Source: an uncultured virus (IMG/VR IMGVR_UViG_3300033121_001601) (Duplodnaviria > Heunggongvirae > Uroviricota > Caudoviricetes). From it: a stretch of DNA of 64,000 nucleotides. Shown in pieces: positions 10,312 to 21,261 of this stretch. The DNA is taken from positions 1-64,000 of IMG/VR virus record IMGVR_UViG_3300033121_001601, one strand, 5' to 3'. The notes under the pieces were generated by a model. The model was not told the origin of the DNA and did not search any database. It was given only the letters and a program-made list of their open reading frames with translations. Numbering within the stretch: position 1 is the stretch's first letter; each line of letters opens with the position of its first letter. Both the position numbers and the translations under genes were made by a program.

Positions 10312-13300
10312 TATTCCACCAACTCAATCGTCACAAAGTAATCCTCGAAAATGGTGTCTTTGTGTGTTCTTGGAGCAAGTTTGTAAACTCCAGCAGCTAG
10401 GGCATTCCTATCCAACATTTCTTGAAAGAAGGTCTTTTCCAAGAAATCCCGCCCGCTTTCAGCGGCAGTTGTTTGTTGATAGTCAATCTCGAAGTCATCT
10501 ACGTTCACTGGGATGGTGAATATCCTCTCAAAAATCTTTGGAGAAAGCATGACCGCCAAAGCATTCTCCAATTTAAAGGCGATGTTTCCAAAGGTCAGGA
10601 GCCGCAAAAGGTCTTTAGTTGTTTGATCTACCTGCTGGCTTACCAGCATCTCCTTAATCGGAATGTCAGGCAGAGGGGACAAAGAAGGATTATTTTGAAT
10701 ATCGGCTGTTCGCTTAGCAAGGAGATATTTCCGAACCAACTCAGAGAACTGTGGAGAGAGGTCCGTGCCGTCCCCAACCGATAATCTCTGGTAGGTCTGG
10801 CTTTGCTGATTGACAAAGGTGGACTCGGCGAGTTCCATTGTGGTTAGGAACTGCACATACGAAGCAAACAGGTCACTCAGAACGTGATTTTCCACCATAG
10901 CTCTCTTGAGAAGAGGGTCTGGAATGAAGGCGTAACGTTCGCTATTTGCCACATCCTGCAATGTAATCGTTGTTGGATGCGAGAAGTTCTGGTAGTCCAA
11001 AAGGGTAATCCTCTGGAGTACTCGGTCAAAGTTCTCGTTGGCACTGATCCTCAGGTTCTTGTAACCGTTAGGGAACAAAGAAAGATCAAAGATGTATTTC
11101 CGTGGTTTGAAGACAAGTTGAGGGAACTCCAAGCTCCGCTTATAAACATTGACCGTAACCACATCAAATTCCTTCTTGCGCAAGAAGGTGGTTGAGACGA
11201 TGTTGTTGCCATTGATCCTCTCAACCAAGTTTTTACTGAACCCTGCTGGAATGCCAACAGTCAGGAGACGATACCGGAAAGCAGCATCGTTGGTGTCTCG
11301 GAAAGAGTCGCGGCCCAAGAGGCTCAAGAGAGCTGCTCGGGTATCTGTGTCGGTTGGAGACCCTGGGATAAATTGCAACCCCTGGGTGTTTGAAGCCAGT
11401 TGTCGAACATACTCATATCGCTGTCTGAGCAAGATCCTCACTTGAGCGGGATCCAGGTTTTGTCCAATATCCTGAATACTTGTGGCATTCAAAGAGGCTA
11501 AACTGTTCAAGGTTTGCTGGGTGAAATAGTTGCTAGCCAAGTCAAGGGCGCTTCGCAACCTTCTTTTGATCACCTGCAAGATGTGCATCACACATGCCAA
11601 AGAAAAGTCTTCCTGGAACAGTTTGTGCGAGATGGAGTTGAGACTAGCATCAATGGCATGGGCATCCAGCAGGTCTTGCGGATTGACTGTTGGTGTTACA
11701 TTCCTCAAAGCCAAAGCGGTCGCATCGGTGAACCTGGAACCAGCAGTAGCAAACTGCCCAGCCAAGATTGACTGGTTGTTACTCACTCCGGTCTGAACGG
11801 CTCCTGGCGAAACTCCAAGCAGAGTCGCCGTCCTGGCTGTTTGATCCACAACGTGCTGCGTTGCTGCGGAGTGATGACTTTGGGCCAACCTCTGGGTTTG
11901 GGAGGTGGTGGAGGATGTCCTTGGGGCACTGTTAGTGCCAGGATCCACCTCAATGATTGGCAATGGGGGCTGGGTTTCAGCAATTATGCTCTGAAGGGAA
12001 TTGTAGGTTCTGGCATTGAAGTTCGTGTCTATGACAACGTTGGGAATATTGTAATTGTCGGTGGAGTTCTGAAAATCACCACCAACATAACGACAAATGA
12101 GTTGCAGAAATGCTTCGAATGCCAGCAATGCCAATGTAGACCCAGAAAGACTGTGATACCGAGTCCTTCTGGAGGAGTCCATGATGTTGTTAACCTCATT
12201 CCCCAAAATGGCATCCAGCTTGATAAAGAATGCAGCAAACCCTTCAATAAGTCGAGAACGTTGCAATTCTCCTGCAAATCCGTAAGAAGTGTCTATGTCA
12301 CATCCAACAACGGCTAATCCAGTTGCAGGGTCAGGCTGCCTAGTTGTTGTTTGAGCATTGGCTCCATCTCCTGTAATGGTTCTTTGATTGACGAGCTCAA
12401 TAATCTTGGCTTGAATGGTTTGAGCCAATCCTGTAATGTACGGGAATAAGCTGCGTTGATCATATAGGTTAGGTCGAACAGCATTGCGATTGAGAGATAC
12501 ACCGCTTAGATTTCGAATGTCACGATTCAAATCCTCAATGATGCTAAGAACAAAAAAAGTCGTTCTGGAAGCTGCAGTATCAGTATCTGCTGCTACTATT
12601 CGTAACAACAGGTACTGAAACAACAAAGCTTTAAGTTCTGGATTGTTGGCGGCCAATTTGAATGTTGCAACAGCAACAGCTTCGGAAGTGCTCAAACCGA
12701 GAGCTTGATTTTGAAGCGAAGTAAACATATCCGAAGCACTCAAGAAACGAATGGAATGCTCCAATGGCTCTAGGATGAGTTTGAACAAACTCATCGGACT
12801 GATAGGAGACACTTCGGTGCCGTAGTCAAAGATGGAACTAATCACATCCGTGGCATTATCCACAGTTTCCATGTATTTCGAAACGTAGCTCCTCAAAGGC
12901 TCTATGTTGAAACCACTCAGGGTTTCAACATTCAGAATGGAGTCTACAAAGAAGACACTCCCTGGGATGTAGGTCTTTCGACTGGTGCTATTGGTGTCGA
13001 TATATTTCGTCTCAAAAGGTAGAACGGCTGAGTTGTCGGTGTTGTTGATGACCGTCAAATTTGCAATAGACCCAGGACCCGTGACAGGATCGAAAATGGT
13101 GTTTCCGACACCTCCGATGATGTTGTCAAATGGAGACCCATCCGTGGTAGCGGCATTGAACTTCTGTTGCAGGCTATTCTGAACGGTTAAACGACCCAAC
13201 CCCCTGGACACCCTCAGCTCCTTCGATAGCATGTTGACCAGGAGTTTAATCCGGTCATCCGGAGATTGCGGCAATGAAGAGTTGAAACGATTGAAGAACT

Positions 13301-14345
13301 CCTGTTCAGCAGCATTCTGCGGTTGGTTAAAGGACCGAATTGTGTCATAGGTGAAACTAAACCCAGCACGAGTGTTGTAGGTCTTGTCAATTGAGATAGG
13401 ACTTGTGAGAGCTACTCCCCCTGCCTGACGGTCTGGATCACTCAGACTTAGGAGATTCATGGAATATCCCTCTGCAATACTCCTGGCGTCAAAAAGGAGC
13501 TGCATCAGAATCTTGGTTCCAGAGAATTGATTGAACACATCAGCTGGAAACATCATAAACGTCTGATAGAAATCACGAAGTGTTCGATAATTCCGCAAGT
13601 CGAAGTTGTTCGAGGGAATGTCTTTTACGTCGAAACCATTCTTCATAGTTTCAATCGTCTGCATAGTGTTGTTGTAAAAGTCAGCAGCAGCATTTACCCT
13701 CTGGAAGCCTCCAACAAAAGCCATCTGGAGGTTACTTAGTTCATTCCTTTGGTCTGTCTGTTGAATACCAGACATCAGCTGGAAGAAGGTCTGTTCCCGA
13801 AGGTGTCGAGCTTGATACTGAACATCCATAAGAAGTCCCACGTCATTCAAGTCCAGAGTGGTTCCGAAATACACAGGTTCGAAATCCATTAAGGAAATGA
13901 TTTCCGGGCGAAGGACACTGATTCCATGAAGGTTGGCCTGCTGGAAGGTTCCATTGGAAAAATTCATCCTGGAAAGAGATAACGTTTCTTCATTTGGCTT
14001 TCTCTGGTTCAGCAAAATGGAAGGAATGATTCGAATGGGGGTATTGCCGGTGATTGGCCGAACTTGAACTGTGTTGAGAGCCTTTGGAATGATGCCTTGG
14101 ACAGCCCTAGAGATATTGCCGGCAATGACATCATTTACAGCAATAGGAAGCTGAGGAGTTGTACCTGCCCTGAGAGCGGCTGCCACAGCAGGAGGAGCTA
14201 CGGCTGGGACAATGGGAGAAACAACCCGGGGAACAGGGAATGTAGAAGGGGCCACAAAAGGAACCGGCTGGGTGGCAAGTCCTCCAAGCTGGAGAGTTCC
14301 TCCGCGAACGCCAATGCCAGTCGTACTGGTTGTTTTCGTTGCCAT
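10311..14345 (-). CDS. Large hypothetical protein, probably virion-associated
   Basis: 1344-aa ORF coupled to its neighbour (TAATG overlap), with a Pro/Val-rich N-terminus. No catalytic motif recognised. Confidence 0.6.
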   Translation of the reverse strand: MATKTTSTTGIGVRGGTLQLGGLATQPVPFVAPSTFPVPRVVSPIVPAVAPPAVAAALRAGTTPQLPIAVNDVIAGNISRAVQGIIPKALNTVQVRPITGNTPIRIIPSILLNQRKPNEETLSLSRMNFSNGTFQQANLHGISVLRPEIISLMDFEPVYFGTTLDLNDVGLLMDVQYQARHLREQTFFQLMSGIQQTDQRNELSNLQMAFVGGFQRVNAAADFYNNTMQTIETMKNGFDVKDIPSNNFDLRNYRTLRDFYQTFMMFPADVFNQFSGTKILMQLLFDARSIAEGYSMNLLSLSDPDRQAGGVALTSPISIDKTYNTRAGFSFTYDTIRSFNQPQNAAEQEFFNRFNSSLPQSPDDRIKLLVNMLSKELRVSRGLGRLTVQNSLQQKFNAATTDGSPFDNIIGGVGNTIFDPVTGPGSIANLTVINNTDNSAVLPFETKYIDTNSTSRKTYIPGSVFFVDSILNVETLSGFNIEPLRSYVSKYMETVDNATDVISSIFDYGTEVSPISPMSLFKLILEPLEHSIRFLSASDMFTSLQNQALGLSTSEAVAVATFKLAANNPELKALLFQYLLLRIVAADTDTAASRTTFFVLSIIEDLNRDIRNLSGVSLNRNAVRPNLYDQRSLFPYITGLAQTIQAKIIELVNQRTITGDGANAQTTTRQPDPATGLAVVGCDIDTSYGFAGELQRSRLIEGFAAFFIKLDAILGNEVNNIMDSSRRTRYHSLSGSTLALLAFEAFLQLICRYVGGDFQNSTDNYNIPNVVIDTNFNARTYNSLQSIIAETQPPLPIIEVDPGTNSAPRTSSTTSQTQRLAQSHHSAATQHVVDQTARTATLLGVSPGAVQTGVSNNQSILAGQFATAGSRFTDATALALRNVTPTVNPQDLLDAHAIDASLNSISHKLFQEDFSLACVMHILQVIKRRLRSALDLASNYFTQQTLNSLASLNATSIQDIGQNLDPAQVRILLRQRYEYVRQLASNTQGLQFIPGSPTDTDTRAALLSLLGRDSFRDTNDAAFRYRLLTVGIPAGFSKNLVERINGNNIVSTTFLRKKEFDVVTVNVYKRSLEFPQLVFKPRKYIFDLSLFPNGYKNLRISANENFDRVLQRITLLDYQNFSHPTTITLQDVANSERYAFIPDPLLKRAMVENHVLSDLFASYVQFLTTMELAESTFVNQQSQTYQRLSVGDGTDLSPQFSELVRKYLLAKRTADIQNNPSLSPLPDIPIKEMLVSQQVDQTTKDLLRLLTFGNIAFKLENALAVMLSPKIFERIFTIPVNVDDFEIDYQQTTAAESGRDFLEKTFFQEMLDRNALAAGVYKLAPRTHKDTIFEDYFVTIELVE

Positions 14346-14348
14346 ATG

Positions 14349-16931
14349 TTATCTCAACTTCTTCGTGATTGTCTGTGAACTCTTGGTGGCAGGGCCATGC
14401 GACAAGTCATGCAACACGGGTATTACATGGTAGGTAACTGCTGTTTCTAAAGCTTGGTTTACCAATCCCGACAAAGGCAGATTCCGTGCTGGATTAGCCC
14501 GAGTCACTTCGGGCAGTGATGGAGTGTCGATAAACTGAAGACTCCGTGTATCCGTAAGAGCGTGCACTTTTCCAGCCAAAGTCCTCATTCCCATCTCCTC
14601 TTTCATAACCAAAAAGTGGTCAATCTGCTTTGGATTACCCTTCAACTCCCACTGCAACAATACTTTGCCTTTACCAAGAGGAGAAACAGTGGCTTTCTGT
14701 ACTGCAGGAACGGGTAATGTCAAAGAAATTCTGATATGCAAGATGTCCCCCACTGTTCCGAAAGTGAAGTCCGTGCTAGCATGATTTCTCTTCAGAGAGG
14801 TGGTGCTCACTAGGTTGCCGTCACGTAATGTTACTGGGTGCTGCCACTTGGATGGAGCATAGGAGTACGTCCGATCCGGATTGCTTGAGTTGGTTACCGT
14901 AGCGGTAAAGGTAGAAATGAGGCTTTGAGCACTCCGGAAGTGAGTGTTGATGGTATACTCATAGGCGTGCCCAACCTGAACTTTTTTCACTCCTAAGTTG
15001 TGCCCAACCGCATTATCGGAAAAGACTTTTCCGATGAAGACACCCATATCCTCAATTTCGCCAGTGGTCAAGTTGGTTCGCTTAATCTGATAGGCAATTA
15101 AGTTCTGGAGCTGATCTCGATTCTGAATGATGTCGCTCTGGTAAAATCCTAGGATCCCTTGTTGTTCCATGGCCTTTTTGACTTGATCCATCTTTCCTTC
15201 TGTGACCGCAGATGAAAGACTGAAAACCACATCAAGCTCATTTCCTACATTGGCAGCCTTGATGGGCGTTGAAGTTGTCGTGATGACATTGTTAACAATG
15301 GGGTTAAACTGGATGTTTGAACTGGAAGAAGACCAGAATTCCGTACCATCCCGGAAGGTCAGCTTGACCCTGTAGTCATAGATCCTTTGGTCCACGGGAG
15401 CAGTGTCGGTGACATAGAACCGTGAATTCGAAGTTGGAAGCTTTTGGATGTACACAACATTTCCAACCTGAGTGGCTTCGGACAACTTCTCATGCCGAGT
15501 TAAGTCCAGCCGAAAAACCTTCATGGTCAGAACACCTGGGGGAGGATCGTTCAGTTCAATCTGGATCGTTTTGCCCAGCACCTTCGTATTGATGGAAATG
15601 AACAATTTCTTCTGCTGTGCATGAGACCGAACCATGTGAGCTCGTTGCGGAGGGTTTACCACCACAGAGGCAAAATCATGGGATTTCAGTTCGGATCGGT
15701 TATAAGTCACCACCCGATAAATGACAGGCTGCATCCCAGGATTAAGATCATTGTACCACTTGGAACCATCCTGCGTTCGAAGAGGCATCTTAGCAATTTG
15801 CACAAAATCAGCCTCCGTTGTAGCTGAGTGTGTATTCAAAATCTTTCGGTAGATGAACACCCCTGCTCCATTCGGGTCAACTTGCTTCAGCTCCAGTCGA
15901 TTATATCCAGTGCAGCAAGTGGCAGACACAAAAGGCAACTGGACTGGCAGGGTGAATACAGAGAGGTTCCGAGCGTGATGCACTACAGTCGAGATACTCT
16001 CTGTTTCCACGCCATTGACGTCCTGAAGCTCGAAAATCAAGTAAAACTGGTCACCCACTGCACTCACATCCAAGTAAAGGTCTTCCTCAATGGTCACGAT
16101 GTTGGTATTCTCCTCAACCTGGACGTGGGCGTAGTCATTGTTAGAGAGCCCAAGCTGGTTTGAGGGCTTCCCTTGAGAATCCCCAAGAATGGTATTCAGA
16201 ATGCCAAAAGCTGGCTTTACAGCCCCAACAGGGCTTCCGATCACAGCTTCCCGAGCAGACCCCCTTGGACGCTGAAGAACGCCCGCATAAGCCTTCTCTG
16301 CGTCAACAACCTGGGTTGTTTTGTTGCCCATCTGGGCAGGGTCAATCCCGTGCTTTAGGATGAGATCGAATCCGTATTCTTGCGGGGGCTGAAGAGAAAC
16401 GATTTCATTGACCGTTGGTTGGAACAGCGGTGTTTGAAAAATTGGTTGAGACACATTCCGGACTGTGAGATCAAAAGCCTTGACAAGTTTGAAGCCACGC
16501 TTCCGGAACAGGTATTTTTCGGCTGTAAGTTTGGCATCGTCATAGTTTTTGAAGGTCTTCTGAACCTTGGTTGGCTTTAGCTCTTTAGTTTTGTCGTTCG
16601 GGATCTTCGAGGTGATGTCGCTGGTTACAGTGGCGATTAAGTTTTTGAGAAAAGCACGGTTCATCTCCGTGCTTTCTGCCTGTCGAGTAAGCAGGTTTTT
16701 AATGACTTCCTGAGAGTTCAACTGAGTGAAACCTGGCACATCCTTCACGTCCGGAGGTTGCAAAGAGGCATGGATTTTCACAAGAAAGGCATTCTCTTTG
16801 ACAGCCCTGGGTATATCCACATTGAACTTTATGGCATACCGAAAGCGACCTTCCTTGGTGATGTCTTCCAGAACAGCGAAATCATTGGGAAGGGTGATGA
16901 TACCATCCTGACGGTTAATGTTGATTCTCAT
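14349..16931 (-). CDS. Hypothetical virion protein with FN3-like repeats
   Basis: 860 aa; repeated IYRK...D....YRV and YDYRV / YEYTI beta-sandwich patterns. Confidence 0.55.
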   Translation of the reverse strand: MRININRQDGIITLPNDFAVLEDITKEGRFRYAIKFNVDIPRAVKENAFLVKIHASLQPPDVKDVPGFTQLNSQEVIKNLLTRQAESTEMNRAFLKNLIATVTSDITSKIPNDKTKELKPTKVQKTFKNYDDAKLTAEKYLFRKRGFKLVKAFDLTVRNVSQPIFQTPLFQPTVNEIVSLQPPQEYGFDLILKHGIDPAQMGNKTTQVVDAEKAYAGVLQRPRGSAREAVIGSPVGAVKPAFGILNTILGDSQGKPSNQLGLSNNDYAHVQVEENTNIVTIEEDLYLDVSAVGDQFYLIFELQDVNGVETESISTVVHHARNLSVFTLPVQLPFVSATCCTGYNRLELKQVDPNGAGVFIYRKILNTHSATTEADFVQIAKMPLRTQDGSKWYNDLNPGMQPVIYRVVTYNRSELKSHDFASVVVNPPQRAHMVRSHAQQKKLFISINTKVLGKTIQIELNDPPPGVLTMKVFRLDLTRHEKLSEATQVGNVVYIQKLPTSNSRFYVTDTAPVDQRIYDYRVKLTFRDGTEFWSSSSSNIQFNPIVNNVITTTSTPIKAANVGNELDVVFSLSSAVTEGKMDQVKKAMEQQGILGFYQSDIIQNRDQLQNLIAYQIKRTNLTTGEIEDMGVFIGKVFSDNAVGHNLGVKKVQVGHAYEYTINTHFRSAQSLISTFTATVTNSSNPDRTYSYAPSKWQHPVTLRDGNLVSTTSLKRNHASTDFTFGTVGDILHIRISLTLPVPAVQKATVSPLGKGKVLLQWELKGNPKQIDHFLVMKEEMGMRTLAGKVHALTDTRSLQFIDTPSLPEVTRANPARNLPLSGLVNQALETAVTYHVIPVLHDLSHGPATKSSQTITKKLR

Positions 16932-16937
16932 TGATGA

Positions 16938-17954
16938 TTACCCCTCAAAAATCAAGGTAAATAAGTTGATGAACTTGTGGACCCCTTTACTATCCGTGTA
17001 GACCTTCCCGACAAAAAACACATGCTTGCTCAGGTCAGGACGATTTCTTGGATCTTTGTCTTGCCTTTTGCGTTCCGAGAGGGTAATGCCGTCTCCAGCA
17101 AGGTTGAATAAACCGAAATCAATCACATCCAGTTTCACGATTTCATTGCCTCCAACTTCGAACATCTGGCAAATAACGTTGTTCGTTTTGGAGGTTTCAT
17201 GGAATGGGATATTGACGGCATACCCCTTTGCTGTAGCCTCAGCCACCTCTCTTTCCACATCAGCAAATGTTAACTGCGGCCTCTGGTTGAGGTTTGGAAA
17301 ATTGCCAAGCAGGTTCACCGTGGTATCGCCATGACGGTATTTGTTGATTGGAGGCAAATATTGAAAGTTTGGAAGATGACTTAGCCTTGAATCCACGAAC
17401 AAAGGGTCCGTTGTTTCCACACTCCCAACTGGCTGTTCTCTCACAGAAATGGGAGCAAGGCTTGAGATGGCAAACTGGATGTTCGAAGCACCTAGGGCAA
17501 ACACAAACTGGTTTTCATCAAATATTTCCGGACTGCCAATGATGTACTGATTCTTGTAGGCATCCAGAGAGCTGCTAAGCAGGCCATCTGCCTCTGAGGC
17601 AAAAATGCTGTCTTGGGCCGGGAGATAAACTTTGCTTGAGCCTGTAGAGCTTGAAGACACAGCCAGGAGAATCTGGCCGTTCCTGACCACAGAACCATTC
17701 GATGGGAAAGTGACCAGCTTTCCAGCATCATCAGCTTCGAAGGCGATCATATCCTGGGGCAGCGAATTGGCTTCCAGGAAGGGTCTCTTGGTGCCATCCA
17801 TGGAGGCACTCACAGAAGTATCCTGAGAGTAGAAGGCGCCCATGTCAGTAAAACTGTAGAACTCTGCCTTCAGTTTGCCAGCTGCAATTTGGCCTCTGCC
17901 TTGGAGGGTGATGATTGTGTCCAGAATTCTTGTTTTTGCGTCCAGAAATCCCAC
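16938..17954 (-). CDS. Virion/baseplate structural protein
   Basis: GTG start; N-terminus MGFLD..TRILDTIITLQGR.QIA is paralogous to ORF 7717. Confidence 0.6.
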   Translation of the reverse strand: MGFLDAKTRILDTIITLQGRGQIAAGKLKAEFYSFTDMGAFYSQDTSVSASMDGTKRPFLEANSLPQDMIAFEADDAGKLVTFPSNGSVVRNGQILLAVSSSSTGSSKVYLPAQDSIFASEADGLLSSSLDAYKNQYIIGSPEIFDENQFVFALGASNIQFAISSLAPISVREQPVGSVETTDPLFVDSRLSHLPNFQYLPPINKYRHGDTTVNLLGNFPNLNQRPQLTFADVEREVAEATAKGYAVNIPFHETSKTNNVICQMFEVGGNEIVKLDVIDFGLFNLAGDGITLSERKRQDKDPRNRPDLSKHVFFVGKVYTDSKGVHKFINLFTLIFEG

Positions 17955-17957
17955 GGC

Positions 17958-18163
17958 TTACCTGTACTTCCATAGATAGCCGCCTGCGGTCTTTTTAGTT
18001 CCTCGGGCATAAGCGCTGATGTTTGCAACATGTACTTCAGTAGTTTTGCTGACCTCTTTCACGCTTGCATAGGTTGCTACTTCCTTCCAACTCCGTGAGC
18101 GCGTGGAACCCTTATGAGCCTCACTCATTTTTTGGTGGAATGTTCATTGTAGATGGGCTCCAT
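17958..18163 (-). pseudogene. Homing endonuclease remnant (NUMOD3 + NUMOD1/HTH)
   Basis: Hand translation: MEPIYNEHSTKK* and, in another frame, MSEAHKG...VATYASVKEVSK...NISAYARGTKKTAGGYLWKYR*. The latter resembles the C-termini of the GIY-YIG ORFs 27731 and 43659. Confidence 0.75.
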
Positions 18164-18186
18164 GAGATTGCAGGTCTCGTTTTGAG

Positions 18187-19485
18187 CTACATGTCATGAA
18201 ATGGTTGACCGGACTTGTATTCGAAATCGTAAATGCCAGAGTCGTTCAGATTGAGAGCAGAGGGGTTGCTGGCAGTTACAGCAGCATCCGAACCAGAAAC
18301 AAACCGAATGGCGATCACAGCTTCGGTTGGACCTTTCTTTCCGTTGTTTTTGCCATCAACGGTGAACCCATCTGGATCGAAGAATTTGCTGTATTTCCTC
18401 TGCTCCAACATATCTCGGAATTGACCATAACGGCTGCTCCGGAAAATTGCAGAGGTATACTGCGGGAATCCATTAATGGCTCCATACCTCCAACCTCGGA
18501 TATCAACGGAAGAGGCATAGAAGCCATTGATCACAGCAATTGTTGTATAGAGCTGGCTAGAAGTTACGGCATTGATAAGCGGAACTCCTTGGTAGTTATC
18601 CCCAAATCCGAAGAAGAGCTTAGTAAGTTGCCTCTGCCGAGGTCTCTTGGTTCCTTTGCCAACGCCAAACAAGCCAGTAACTCCCGGAGGGTACAGGAAA
18701 ACTCCGACCCCCAAGAATTGTTCTCCGGCATTCACACTCCCGGTAACATCAATCAAGGTATACCTAACAGGTTCCGTCGCTCCTCTTCCGACATTTGGAA
18801 GGTCGTCTCCCCATCTCCTGGGTAGGATGACTTCTACCGTTGCCAAGGAGCTGGAAGGATAGCTGTTGTTGGAGCCGTATTTTACAATTCCGCTAGTAGA
18901 AACAGGGTGCGATTCGCTCCCAGGACACATAATGCTTCCACGATAAAAAGTTGGTTCCAAAACCCTTGCGATGTTTTTATAGGTATTCTGGAATGGAAAT
19001 GAGCCAAACCAAAACCTGTCCGCTACATTTGCCCCATTGCTCTCGTAGGAAGCTGTAACACCATACGTTGTGAATACAGCCTTCCCAACTGCTGTACCGC
19101 CGATTGTATACCCATCGGCTCCAGGCTCATTCAGCAAAATTGGGTTTGCGCCAAATTCTCCATTTGCCAAAACAGGCAATCCGCCGTTTGCGTAAAAAAG
19201 CTTCACAATATCCGGGAGGATGGTATCGTGGTACCTCTCGGTTACCGAAAAGAAGTGACGAAAACGCAAAGCAATTCCACGGCTCCTATTCCGATTGGAA
19301 CCACTATAGTCAGCGAATTCGCTGTAATATTGAGCTAGATTCAGCTCATTGGACCCACTGGTGTGGGCAGCAATGACTCTTCTGTTATTCGTGTAGATTG
19401 AACCCGAGAAGATTGGATCTGTGTAGGAGCCAGTGTAGAAAACATTTGGCTCCAGCTCGAATTGGTCAAGTGTCTTGTGGCTCAT
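18187..19485 (-). CDS. Hypothetical virion protein
   Basis: 432 aa, Gly/Ser/Thr-rich, in the structural operon. Confidence 0.6.
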   Translation of the reverse strand: MSHKTLDQFELEPNVFYTGSYTDPIFSGSIYTNNRRVIAAHTSGSNELNLAQYYSEFADYSGSNRNRSRGIALRFRHFFSVTERYHDTILPDIVKLFYANGGLPVLANGEFGANPILLNEPGADGYTIGGTAVGKAVFTTYGVTASYESNGANVADRFWFGSFPFQNTYKNIARVLEPTFYRGSIMCPGSESHPVSTSGIVKYGSNNSYPSSSLATVEVILPRRWGDDLPNVGRGATEPVRYTLIDVTGSVNAGEQFLGVGVFLYPPGVTGLFGVGKGTKRPRQRQLTKLFFGFGDNYQGVPLINAVTSSQLYTTIAVINGFYASSVDIRGWRYGAINGFPQYTSAIFRSSRYGQFRDMLEQRKYSKFFDPDGFTVDGKNNGKKGPTEAVIAIRFVSGSDAAVTASNPSALNLNDSGIYDFEYKSGQPFHDM

Positions 19486-21261
19486 TTATCCCTCAATCAC
19501 CTCATGCACCGTCACTGAAGTGAGGAGCTGATTCAAGGTATCATGGTGCTCCCTATCTTCCTTGATTTGGGATCCGTAAAGAATGATCTTGGAAGGAGCA
19601 GAAGCAAACTGCAAATAAGCACCTTGCCCTGGGAACTCAGTACTCAGAAGCGTATTTTCGTTAAGGATACGACTCCATGGAGGTTGCCAGCCGAAAACGA
19701 GCCGGTCCCCGGGCTGAATCAGATATGGATTTGGCTTGACATACTTGGTAAGGAGGTTGAAAGTCCAGCCATCCTGAGTAATGCTCTTGGCCACTTGCCC
19801 TGAGGAGAAGTCCGAAACATAAGACCTTCCTGTGGTTCCAAAGATGCCAGAACGGCTGCTTTTCTCCAACTTATTCATCATGAAGGTAGTCCCACCGCCC
19901 AAAGTATTGGTAATGATCGAACCCATCCCTTGATTGGCAATTTGGCTCCTAACAGTTCCGGAAACTTGATATCTTCCAGACCACATCGGAGGACCAAGAT
20001 TGCCAAGTCCACTTCCGTACGGCACCATCAAAGTGAGATCTGCTCCCACATCTGCGGCAATTTCATCCGCTAAATAAGAGCCTGTGACGATAGAGCAAAT
20101 ACGTAGTGTGGTCACCAGGTCACGAGTGGTATTGTAACTGGCATAGGCTCCCTCGCCTGGAACAAAGGCTCCTGTGAAGAAGGTTTGGTTTGTAGGCGTT
20201 TGGCAAACAATCTCTTGTGCCTCAGGGATATTAACCGCAAAAGGTTTTCTTTGGTTCAGTACAAAGAAACCAGAAACAGCGACTGTATAGGAGTATTGCG
20301 CAGAGCTGTAAGTCAAAGGATTCACTCCGAAGGCTCCGCTAAACTCCAGAACCACCTTCTCCACAAGGAATGGGGTATCAACAAGGTCGGATACAGCAAT
20401 ACTGTTCGAGCTTGTTGCATGAAATTTTGGGTGGTATGGAAACCCGAAGTTGCTGATAACTTGCCCACGACTCTGATCATATCGTGGATTCAGCCCGCCT
20501 TCCCACATGCTCTCTCCAAAAGCAATGCATTGGTCTTCCAGAAGAGCCTTAAGTCGAGCAAGCCTAGCTGCATCCGTACTGCCACTAGCATATGTGTGAA
20601 ATACGGTTCCTGGACCTATGCCCTCGAATTTCTTCGTTTGGAAATTCCAGTAGGCCATAGGGTAGTTCATTCCTGTGGTCCCGGAAACGCCCTGTTGGAA
20701 AGAAAAAGAGTGAACTGTTGAAGGAGTCAGGTCGATCTCAATCTTGGTTTTGCTCCACAGCGGCTGATCAAATCCTGCACCAACATCGGAGAGCTTACTT
20801 CCAGTTGCATAGAAGGAATTTGGGGTGGCTCCAGAGATAGCAGATTTGGCATCCACAGCCGGGTTCCAATCATCTCTGAATGGCTGAAAGTCTTGTCCTG
20901 GGGTAAAGGTAACGAGTTTGTCTCCAATTCCTTTCCTGACAATCCCTTGCACTACGATATCAGTGTTGTATTCAGGATTCTTGGATGTGGTACCAGTTAT
21001 ATCCGTGCGGTAAAGAGCAAGGTTGCTTGTATGCAACCCGGCTGGCATCGCAACGCCGTGTTTTTCTGGACTAGTCCCAGAAAGGTAAGACTTGAAATAC
21101 ACAGTTTTGGTATCATCGTATTGGACTGGGAAGTGTCCCGTCCTATTGTCCGATGCCAGACGTGAGTGAGCGGGAAAGGAGCCGGTAACGGCATCCCTCA
21201 TCTGGAGTTGAACCTTTGGTGGGAGTCCCTTGATTCTTGTGTTTTTGAGCGTTCTTGACAT
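19486..21261 (-). CDS. Hypothetical virion protein
   Basis: Start at ATG 21261 (TAATG overlap); Ser/Thr/Gly-rich, beta-type composition. Confidence 0.6.
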   Translation of the reverse strand: MSRTLKNTRIKGLPPKVQLQMRDAVTGSFPAHSRLASDNRTGHFPVQYDDTKTVYFKSYLSGTSPEKHGVAMPAGLHTSNLALYRTDITGTTSKNPEYNTDIVVQGIVRKGIGDKLVTFTPGQDFQPFRDDWNPAVDAKSAISGATPNSFYATGSKLSDVGAGFDQPLWSKTKIEIDLTPSTVHSFSFQQGVSGTTGMNYPMAYWNFQTKKFEGIGPGTVFHTYASGSTDAARLARLKALLEDQCIAFGESMWEGGLNPRYDQSRGQVISNFGFPYHPKFHATSSNSIAVSDLVDTPFLVEKVVLEFSGAFGVNPLTYSSAQYSYTVAVSGFFVLNQRKPFAVNIPEAQEIVCQTPTNQTFFTGAFVPGEGAYASYNTTRDLVTTLRICSIVTGSYLADEIAADVGADLTLMVPYGSGLGNLGPPMWSGRYQVSGTVRSQIANQGMGSIITNTLGGGTTFMMNKLEKSSRSGIFGTTGRSYVSDFSSGQVAKSITQDGWTFNLLTKYVKPNPYLIQPGDRLVFGWQPPWSRILNENTLLSTEFPGQGAYLQFASAPSKIILYGSQIKEDREHHDTLNQLLTSVTVHEVIEG

